A DNA stretch of 64,000 nucleotides, from NCBI GenBank assembly GCA_043819795.1, contig JBDREN010000140.1:1-64000 (forward strand), written 5' to 3'. Numbering within the stretch: the first letter of the stretch is position 1; every line of letters begins with the position of its first letter. Source of the stretch: Elusimicrobiota bacterium (GTDB lineage Bacteria > Elusimicrobiota > Elusimicrobia > UBA1565). The position numbers and the translations under genes are program-made. Positions 27,760 to 35,188 of the stretch are shown one piece after another. The notes below the pieces were generated by a model, which saw only the letters and a list, made by a program, of their open reading frames with translations, did no database searches and had not been told where the DNA came from.

Positions 27760-29096
27760 GTCCAACCCGCGCCCACGAACTCGCGACACACCCGGCCGAC
27801 CGGAAGCTCGCAAGGCGTCGTCCCGGGCCTTAATAGCCGGACCGAACGCCCCCGCGCGGCGTCGACCCCGGCAGGGGCGCCGTGCCGGGCGCCTTCGGGA
27901 AGGGCGTGGGCGACAGGTGCGGCGGCCAGGGCCAACGGCGAGCCGAAGGCGATCCGGACCGATTCGGGCGACCCGCACTTGAGCGGCAGCACGACGACCG
28001 GAGTCCCGCGCGCGACCACCCGAGCGACAATGAACTCGAAGAAGCGCTCCCGGTAGGGGTTCTCCCGGGCGAACTCGGCCTCGAAGCTCCCGACGATCCG
28101 GTCCGCCTCCTCCGGCGGCCGGCCGATCGCCAGCGCGCACAGGCGCAACGCCCGGCGCCCACCCTCCGAGAGCGATCCCCGCTGAGCGCAGTCCAGGCCG
28201 TCGCCCTCCATGAGGCGAGAGAGCACCCAGGCCTCCAGCAACCTCCAGAGGCTCCGGCCGAGCCGGGGGCCCACGGCCCCCGACCAGAGAAACGCCTCGA
28301 AGCCGGGCTCCTCCCGCTCCATCCATGCCCGGACGCGCCCCGGATCCGCGGCGTACGGTCCCCGCCGGCAGAGGCGGCCCACGAACTCCCGCGCGCAGTA
28401 GAAGATGCGCGCGGTGCTCGGAACCCCCCCGGCGGGGACGATGATGGCCTCCCCGCCGCCCGAGAGCTGCCGCCGGATGCGCGCGGCCACCGAGGGCCAG
28501 GCGTTGCGTCCCAGAAGCAGCCGCCCCGGCCACGAACGCTCCGACGGCATCCTGTCGAAGCCGAGATGCAGCGTCCCCATGATCCCCGAGTAGGCCCCTT
28601 CCTCATGGAGGGGCAGCATGTCGAGAGCGAAGGCGTCGATCGCGTTGACGAGCCGCGGCCGGCACGGGCGGCCGCGAACGGCCCGCAAGCCCAGGAGCCC
28701 GTGGCGGAAGAGCTCGATGTTCAGATAGAGCAGATCCTCCTCCACCGGGGCGTGGGCCAGCGTGCAGAGCAGGGCCGCCGGCCGGCCCGTCTCGCGCTCG
28801 ACCTCGCGTGAGAGAGCGGCGGCCTCCCGCAACCCCGGGGAGTCCGGATCGAAGGGATAGCTCGGCTTGCCGCCCTCGAGAAACAGGTTGAGACGGTCCA
28901 ACGCCGCGAGCATCATGTCGGGAGGAAGGAGCCGCAGGAGCAGCCCGGACCCCATGCCGAACAGATGGAACCACGGCTCCCACAGCAGACGCCACAGCGG
29001 CGGCTTCCTCCGCCTGGACCCGCCGTTGCGATGGCGCAAAGCGCGGGCCAGCAGCATCAGCAGGTCATCGTAGCGCCCGACGGGTCTATAGGGCAT
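27756..29096 (-). CDS. Hypothetical protein (possibly acyltransferase-like)
   Basis: 447-codon ORF; TACAAT upstream; repeat insertion near the C-terminus. Confidence 0.55.
   Translation of the reverse strand: MPYRPVGRYDDLLMLLARALRHRNGGSRRRKPPLWRLLWEPWFHLFGMGSGLLLRLLPPDMMLAALDRLNLFLEGGKPSYPFDPDSPGLREAAALSREVERETGRPAALLCTLAHAPVEEDLLYLNIELFRHGLLGLRAVRGRPCRPRLVNAIDAFALDMLPLHEEGAYSGIMGTLHLGFDRMPSERSWPGRLLLGRNAWPSVAARIRRQLSGGGEAIIVPAGGVPSTARIFYCAREFVGRLCRRGPYAADPGRVRAWMEREEPGFEAFLWSGAVGPRLGRSLWRLLEAWVLSRLMEGDGLDCAQRGSLSEGGRRALRLCALAIGRPPEEADRIVGSFEAEFARENPYRERFFEFIVARVVARGTPVVVLPLKCGSPESVRIAFGSPLALAAAPVAHALPEGARHGAPAGVDAARGRSVRLLRPGTTPCELPVGRVCREFVGAGWT
27856..27923 (+). repeat. 63-nt palindromic element copy
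   Basis: GCGGCGTCGACCCCGGCAGGGGCGCCGTGCCGGGCGCCTTCGGGAAGGGCGTGGGCGACAGGTGCGGC. Confidence 0.9.
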
Positions 29097-29169
29097 GAAG
29101 GCCTGATTGTAGATTATTTTCCCGTATGAATTGGCCAGATTTTCACGGAAAATGGTATCCTTCCTCACC

Positions 29170-30591
29170 ATGAATCGCAAGACTTTCAACGCTATCATGA
29201 TCGTCGCGTGCGCCTTGGGCTTGCTCGGCGCGGCGGCCTCGTCATCGCCGGGCTTCGGCGCGTCGGCCGCCGCCGCAAAGGCGGCTGAGACGACGCTGAA
29301 GGGCTATGTCGTCAAGGTCGAGGGCGCGAAAGTCTATATCGACCTGGGCCTGAGCTCCGGAGCGGCCCGAGGGCAGCGCTTCGAGGTCTACCGGGAGGGC
29401 GAGGAGCTGAGACACCCCGTCACAGGGGACTCGCTGGGCCCCGTCATCGAGACCGTCGTCTCCGGCAGCCTCCTCGAGGTGCGCGAGACGTATTCGGTCG
29501 GACGCATCGAGAATGCCCCGGGCGAGGCGGCGCCCGGGCTCAGGGCCCGGATCGACCTCCTAGACGCACCGCCCTCCGAGGTCCCGGCCGCGGCCGACGC
29601 CGCCCCGGAGAGACCGGGGAAGTCCGGGCTGCGCTCCTCGGACGCCCGCAGCCCCTTTGTGGCGATGGAGGCCGTCGACATCGCGGTCGGCGACGTCGAC
29701 GCCGACGGCGAGCCCGAGATCATGCTCGCGGACCAGCGCAGCGTCCGCGTCTTCTCGTTCTGGGGCTCGGAGAATACCTGGAAGCCCCTCGGCACGTTCG
29801 AGGAGAATACCACCGGCGTACGCCTGGTCTCCCTGGAGGCGGCCGACCTCGACCAAGACGGACGCGCGGAGATCTTCGCGACCGCCCACAACAAGCTCTT
29901 CCAGAACGTGGAGTCATTCGTGCTCGACTGGGCGGACGGCTCGCTGAAGAAGCGGACGACGCTGCCGTGGATGGTGCGCTCCTATCAGACCGCCGGCCCC
30001 GAGCGGGCTCTGGCCGTCCAGCGTCTCGAGGCCGACCGGAGCTTCCCCACGTCCCGGGTCTACGGGCTCGAATACGTCGACGGCAAGTACCGGCGCTCGA
30101 AGCGGTCGCTCAAGCACAAGCGCCTCGAGTGGGTCTACGGCTTCGGCCTGGCTCCGCGCGAGGACGGCGCGCTCCTGCTGAGCTATAACCACGTGAACCG
30201 CATACGCATCCGGTTCCCCAAAGGCTCCTGGACGTCCCCGGAGACCTACGGCCAGACCGCCGAACGCCTCGAGTGGCAGGGGAAGACGCTGCACTTCCAT
30301 CCCGGGCTATACGTCGAGAGCGGCGGCCCGGAGGGCCTCTCCGGCGTCTATACGCTCAGGAACGTCGCTCGGTTCTTCGGTCTCGCCTCGTCTTTCGGCA
30401 TGTTCAGCCGCTCGGAGCTCCACCACCTGCGGTGGAACGGGCTCAGTCTGGAGCCGGATTGGAAGGCCGAGCTGGGCGGCTACGCCTCGGGGCTCGCGGA
30501 GGTCCCCGGCGCCCCGGGGCACCCGGAGAGCCTGCTCGTCTCCGTGGTCGGAGCCGACGGCCGGACCTCCGTCTGGAGGTTCCGTAAGTAG
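29170..30591 (+). CDS. Secreted protein with FlgT-C-like N-domain and FG-GAP/VCBS repeats
   Basis: Signal peptide; VYIDLG...G.RF.VYREGEELRHPVTG; GDVDADGEPEI, ADLDQDGRAEI. Confidence 0.75.
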   Translation: MNRKTFNAIMIVACALGLLGAAASSSPGFGASAAAAKAAETTLKGYVVKVEGAKVYIDLGLSSGAARGQRFEVYREGEELRHPVTGDSLGPVIETVVSGSLLEVRETYSVGRIENAPGEAAPGLRARIDLLDAPPSEVPAAADAAPERPGKSGLRSSDARSPFVAMEAVDIAVGDVDADGEPEIMLADQRSVRVFSFWGSENTWKPLGTFEENTTGVRLVSLEAADLDQDGRAEIFATAHNKLFQNVESFVLDWADGSLKKRTTLPWMVRSYQTAGPERALAVQRLEADRSFPTSRVYGLEYVDGKYRRSKRSLKHKRLEWVYGFGLAPREDGALLLSYNHVNRIRIRFPKGSWTSPETYGQTAERLEWQGKTLHFHPGLYVESGGPEGLSGVYTLRNVARFFGLASSFGMFSRSELHHLRWNGLSLEPDWKAELGGYASGLAEVPGAPGHPESLLVSVVGADGRTSVWRFRK

Positions 30592-30595
30592 CGCC

Positions 30596-30720
30596 GGCGC
30601 CGTGGTGCAGCGCTCCGGCAGGAGCGCAGTGCCCGGCCCCCTTGGGAATGGCATGGGGCGCCGTGGCACAGCCGCTCCGGCAGGAGCGCAGTGCCCGGTC
30701 CCCTTGGGAAAGGTGTAGGG
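30596..30720 (+). repeat. Tandem pair (~62-nt period) of a divergent variant of the palindromic element
   Basis: CGCTCCGGCAGGAGCGCAGTGCCCGGYCCC(C)TTGGGAAWGG twice, intergenic. Confidence 0.8.
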
Positions 30721-30724
30721 ATCC

Positions 30725-31108
30725 GTGGCAAAGCGTAAGAAAGCCCTCATCGCGGAGCAGGACGCGGGGGTAGGCGCGCTCCTGAAGGCCCATCTCGAGC
30801 GGCTGGGCTGGAAGGCCCTGCTCGCCGCGGACGGAGAGCAAGCCCTGCGGATGTTCAAAGACGCGCGCCCCGACCTAGTCCTTCTCGAAGTGAGGCTGCC
30901 CGAGCTCGACGGCTTCGCGGTCTGCCGCAGGATCCGCACGCTGCGGGACGTACCTGTCCTGTTCCTGACGGAGCGCGACGCCGCGCATGACGCCCGCGGC
31001 GCCCGGATCCACGGCGGCAGCGGCTTCGTGACCAAGCCGGTGCGCCTCGCTGAGCTCCGGCTCCGCCTCGACGAGATCCGCAATAGTCCCGAAAAGCCAA
31101 TTTGTTAA
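30725..31108 (+). CDS. Single-domain atypical response regulator
   Basis: PDLVLLEVRLPELDGFAVCRRIR, FVTKP; Glu at the phospho-Asp position. Confidence 0.8.
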   Translation: MAKRKKALIAEQDAGVGALLKAHLERLGWKALLAADGEQALRMFKDARPDLVLLEVRLPELDGFAVCRRIRTLRDVPVLFLTERDAAHDARGARIHGGSGFVTKPVRLAELRLRLDEIRNSPEKPIC

Positions 31109-31121
31109 AATAAGGCCACCG

Positions 31122-32075
31122 ATGATCTACCGAGCTATTGGGGGGCTTCTGGCCGCTTGGCTCGTTGCTCTCCCTGCCTGGTCTCAATCCCCCTGGGGAG
31201 AGAAGGCCCTGGGCGTACTCGTCATCGCCGAAAGCGGAGGCGCCGAATGGAGCGCCTTCGTGCGAGACCTGCGAAAGTCCCTGGGCAATCAATACCCGCT
31301 CGAGACCTCCGTCGGCCCGGTCGCGCCGCGCGCCATGCAGCGGGCGATAGACCGCCTGCAGGCCGCGAAGATCCGCAAGATCGTGGTCGTACCGCTCCAC
31401 CTGCACTCCCAATCGCCGGAGATCGAGCAGATCCGATACATCCTCGGGCTGCGGAAATACCCGTCCGAGGCCTTCCTCGATGCGTGGGGGATGCGGGGGC
31501 GGGTCGTGCCGCGGGCCAAGCTCAAGGTGCCCCTCGTGATGAGCGACGCGCTGGACGACGCTCCGCTCGCCGCCGAGGTGCTCCTCAGCAGGGCCCGGGA
31601 GATGAGCAGGGAGCCCGAGGGCGAGTCGGTCGTCATCATCGGCAACGGAGCGCCGGCCGATGAGGACAACGAGATCGTCGAGCGGCACCTGGGCTCGCTG
31701 GCGCGCAAGATCGAGGCGGAGGGGCTCTTCCGCACGGTGCGCGGCGTCGCGCTCCGCCCCCAGACGAAGGACGATCCGCGGCAGGCCGCCGAGTCCGAGC
31801 GGCGCCTGCAGGCGCTGATCCGGAACCTCAGCAGGGTCAGCCGGGTGATCGTCGTACCCCACCTTCTCGCCCGGGACGGGACCGAACGCGCCTGGCTCAA
31901 GAAGCTGAACTCTCTCTTCTACCGCTGGCGGGGCAAGGCGCTCCTGCCGGACGCCCGCCTGGTGCGATGGGTCCGGGACCGGGTCGACGCCTCTCGGGAC
32001 CTGCCCGACATGGTGCGCTTCAAGGACGCGGGACAGGGCCTGCCTCCCAAGCCGCGCAAAAGAATCGTACAATAG
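31122..32075 (+). CDS. Exported CbiX/SirB chelatase-like protein
   Basis: Signal peptide; MQRAIDRL...IVVVPLHL, ALDDAPL, VIVVPHLLA; His positions appear replaced. Confidence 0.6.
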   Translation: MIYRAIGGLLAAWLVALPAWSQSPWGEKALGVLVIAESGGAEWSAFVRDLRKSLGNQYPLETSVGPVAPRAMQRAIDRLQAAKIRKIVVVPLHLHSQSPEIEQIRYILGLRKYPSEAFLDAWGMRGRVVPRAKLKVPLVMSDALDDAPLAAEVLLSRAREMSREPEGESVVIIGNGAPADEDNEIVERHLGSLARKIEAEGLFRTVRGVALRPQTKDDPRQAAESERRLQALIRNLSRVSRVIVVPHLLARDGTERAWLKKLNSLFYRWRGKALLPDARLVRWVRDRVDASRDLPDMVRFKDAGQGLPPKPRKRIVQ

Positions 32076-32089
32076 CGGAGGAGGACGAG

Positions 32090-32815
32090 ATGGCCGAGAT
32101 CAGGGTGCTCGACAAGGGCTTCGTCCGCCTTGTCGGATCGATGGGAGGGGACGCCGGCGTCGTCGAGGCGGCCCGGGTCTGCTACGGCGGAGCCTCGAAG
32201 GGAGAGGAGCGCGACCGAAAGCTCATCGGATACCTTCTCGAGCACCGCCACCTGACCCCCTTCGAGCACGCCGTCCTGAAATTCCACGTAAAATGCCCGA
32301 TCTTCGTCGCGCGGCAATGGTTCCGGCACCGCTTCGCGGCGTACAACGAGATCAGCTACCGTTACACGAAGACCTCCGACGAGTTCTACGTACCCGAGGC
32401 TTGGCGCGCCCAGGACAAGAAGAACAAGCAGGGCTCGGTGGAAAGCCCGAGCCTGGACCAGCGGCGGATCCATGAGGCCTTCTCCCGCTCGGTCGACCTG
32501 GCCCGCAGGACCTATCAGGAGATGATCGAAGCCGGCGTGGCGCGGGAGATGGCCCGCATGGTGCTGCCGGTCAACGTCTACACGGAGTTCTACTGGACCG
32601 TGAACCTCCGCAGCCTGATGAACTTCCTCTCGCTGCGCGCCGACGCGCACGCTCAGGCCGAGATCCGGCGCTACGCCGAGGCCCTCGCCCGGATGTTCTC
32701 CGAGACATGCCCGTGGTCCTACGCCGCCTTCCTCGGCCACGCGTGGCAAGGAGTCAACCCGAAGCTGGACGCGGAGAAGGAGCGCCTGTGCGCGCCACGG
32801 GCCACGGCCTGTTAG
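32090..32815 (+). CDS. thyX: FAD-dependent thymidylate synthase
   Basis: AARVCY, HLTPFEH, PIFVARQWFRHR, NEISYRY, REMARMVLP, HAQAEIR; GGAGG SD. Confidence 0.95.
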   Translation: MAEIRVLDKGFVRLVGSMGGDAGVVEAARVCYGGASKGEERDRKLIGYLLEHRHLTPFEHAVLKFHVKCPIFVARQWFRHRFAAYNEISYRYTKTSDEFYVPEAWRAQDKKNKQGSVESPSLDQRRIHEAFSRSVDLARRTYQEMIEAGVAREMARMVLPVNVYTEFYWTVNLRSLMNFLSLRADAHAQAEIRRYAEALARMFSETCPWSYAAFLGHAWQGVNPKLDAEKERLCAPRATAC

Positions 32816-34545
32816 CGCTCGCGGGGGCGGCCGCCGTATTCCTGGCCGCCTCCGGCCCCCGCGCCGCGGCCGAGCAGCCCGCCCCCGCTCCCTCCGCCGC
32901 GCCGGGGCCGTCCGGCGACGTCGAGGCGGGGCCGCTCAGGCTCTTGGTCCGGACGCGCGGGACCGTCCTGGCGGAGGACGTCTTCCGCATCGAATCGCCG
33001 ATCGAGGGCCGGATCGAGAATCTGGAGGCCGCGCCGAACTCCTGGGCCGACGGCCGCATGGAGCTCTGCAACGTCGTGAGCAAAGAGTTCGCGGCCATGA
33101 TGGCTACCCGGGGGACGACGGCATCCGACACCCTCGTGCAGCGCTGGAAGCGGGTCTACAAGCCGACGCCGGTCCGCTGCCCGGACGGCTGCTTCATCAT
33201 GAACGTCTACGCCCTGCCCACAAAGTGGGTCGACAAGGAGACCCCGCTGTTCGAAGCGGCCCGCGGCCTGCGACTCGTCGGGCGCGTCAGCGCCGACGAC
33301 GCCCACTGGCTCAGAGAAGGCCAGCCGCTGGCCTACTGGGACAGGAAGAACCCCAAACGCAGGATCCGGGGGCGAGTGGAACGCCTCAACATGGAGACGG
33401 AGGGCGGGCAGTCCGGGCGCGGCGGCGCCTTCACGCTCACCCTCGACGAGGAGCACTACCTCCCCCCCGGGACCCAGTGGGAAGGCCTGCTGGAGGCGGA
33501 CGTCCACAGAAGCGCCCTTCTGGTCCGGACGCACGGGACGGTCCGGGCCGACGAGATCTTCCACATCAAATCGACGATCGATGGCCGGATAGCGAACGTG
33601 ACGGCCAAGCCGAACGCCTGGGCGGCCAGGCGCGCGGACATGGGGCTCGTGCTGACCAAGGAGTTCGCGGCCATCATGGACGCGCGGGGGACCACCCCCG
33701 CGGAGACCATCATCGAACGCTGGCGGCGGGTCTACCAGCCGATGGCGGTCCGCTGTCAGGACGCCTGCTTCGTCCTCAAGGTCTTCGCGCGCGAGGATAA
33801 GTGGGTCAAGGCCGGGGCTCTGATGGTGGAGGCCGCCCGCAAGCTGAGGCTCGTCGGACATGTCCGGCCCGGCGACACCCGCTGGATCGAGAAGGGCCAG
33901 CTCCTGACCTATTGGGACAAGAAGGAACCCGGCCGCAGGATCGAGGGCGGCGTCGAGCGCGCGACACCCGAAGCCCGGGACGAAGAGGATGAGCCGGGCG
34001 GTGACTACACGGTCCTGCTCGACGAGGACGGCTACCTCGTCCCGGGCACGGAGTGGGAGGGCATGCTCGAGTTCCTGGTGGGCAACACCACCCTGGCGCT
34101 CCCGGCCGGGGACCCCGTCCGCCAAGGCGGCGACCTGCTGCTGCCGGTCCGCGTATTGACCGGGCTCGCCGGCTTCGACGAGGCGGAGGAGCCCCCCGCG
34201 TGGCCGGACCTCCCGGGCGACACGACGTTCGTGAGGCTCACGCGACCGGAGCCCGGCGCCTCGGGGCGGCGCGAGCAGGCGCGGCCGCCCCGCAAGCCGC
34301 CGGCGACTCCGGAGCTGCGCGAGCGCGGGGCCGGGCCGTCCGCTCGGCCGCCCAATCCCCGGGAAGGACGCCGGCGCGAGACCGCGTCCCCGGACCGGCC
34401 CCGCAAGCCTCCGAAGCGGCGCCAGCGCGAGACCGGTCCCTCCCGCCGCCCACGCCGCCGCTACCAGAAGCCGTCTCCGATCGACGTATTCCCCAGCGAC
34501 AAGGAGGACCGGGACGATGAACCCTATCCCAGCGATCTCGACTAA
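32788..34545 (+). CDS. Secreted protein with two tandem membrane-fusion/HlyD-like domains and a low-complexity tail
   Basis: LLVRTxGTVxAxxxFxIxSxIxGRI...KEFAA...RWxRVY..RC..xCF...PGTxWEG repeated twice; GAAGGAG SD before GTG. Confidence 0.6.
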   Translation: MRATGHGLLALAGAAAVFLAASGPRAAAEQPAPAPSAAPGPSGDVEAGPLRLLVRTRGTVLAEDVFRIESPIEGRIENLEAAPNSWADGRMELCNVVSKEFAAMMATRGTTASDTLVQRWKRVYKPTPVRCPDGCFIMNVYALPTKWVDKETPLFEAARGLRLVGRVSADDAHWLREGQPLAYWDRKNPKRRIRGRVERLNMETEGGQSGRGGAFTLTLDEEHYLPPGTQWEGLLEADVHRSALLVRTHGTVRADEIFHIKSTIDGRIANVTAKPNAWAARRADMGLVLTKEFAAIMDARGTTPAETIIERWRRVYQPMAVRCQDACFVLKVFAREDKWVKAGALMVEAARKLRLVGHVRPGDTRWIEKGQLLTYWDKKEPGRRIEGGVERATPEARDEEDEPGGDYTVLLDEDGYLVPGTEWEGMLEFLVGNTTLALPAGDPVRQGGDLLLPVRVLTGLAGFDEAEEPPAWPDLPGDTTFVRLTRPEPGASGRREQARPPRKPPATPELRERGAGPSARPPNPREGRRRETASPDRPRKPPKRRQRETGPSRRPRRRYQKPSPIDVFPSDKEDRDDEPYPSDLD

Positions 34546-34555
34546 GGAGGACACG

Positions 34556-35188
34556 ATGGGCGAACGCGGAAAAGCGCACCTATACATGGATCTCCTGTTC
34601 CTGCGGCTCGAAGCGCGCTATCGCGCGCTGATGGCCAACGAAAAAGTCGTGTGCAAGCAGGAGTTCCTCGCCGCCTATGACAGGTCCTGCGAACAGCTTT
34701 CCGTCGCGGCCTACGCGCTGACCGGACTGCGCGCGGACTGCGACGTGCTGCTGCTCCGGCTCAGTCCCCACCTAGAGAATTTCCAGGCCATGTCCTGCCA
34801 CCTCCAGGAGTCCGGCCTCGGCAAGTACCTGGTCCCGGTCCGGTCTTTCCTCGGCACGGTGCGCGCGGCCGAATACGCGCCGCCGCAGGAGCCGGAGCGC
34901 GAGGACGCGAAGGCGCCCGGCGCGGTCGGCAACGGCAAGTACCTATTCGTGACCCCGGCGCCGGCGGACGCGGCGGCGGCCCTCGAGGGCGCGAAGCGGC
35001 CGGCCGGCGGGCGCGTCCACGTCCTGGACGGGCGGGGCCTGGGCGAGGAGCCCTTCGTGGTCGCTTTCGAGACCGACGACCCCGCCGCCTTCCGGGAGCT
35101 GCTTTCCGGTTGGGATAAGGCGCCCCAGGGCCCGACCTACGTCTGCCTGCTCAAGGACATACACGACATCGTCGACGGTCTCGGGTGA
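34556..35188 (+). CDS. Chlorite dismutase/coproheme decarboxylase-like protein, degenerate
   Basis: YALTGLRADCDVLL, LGKYL, KYLFV, FVVAFETDDP; C-terminal domain shortened; AAGGAGG SD. Confidence 0.6.
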   Translation: MGERGKAHLYMDLLFLRLEARYRALMANEKVVCKQEFLAAYDRSCEQLSVAAYALTGLRADCDVLLLRLSPHLENFQAMSCHLQESGLGKYLVPVRSFLGTVRAAEYAPPQEPEREDAKAPGAVGNGKYLFVTPAPADAAAALEGAKRPAGGRVHVLDGRGLGEEPFVVAFETDDPAAFRELLSGWDKAPQGPTYVCLLKDIHDIVDGLG

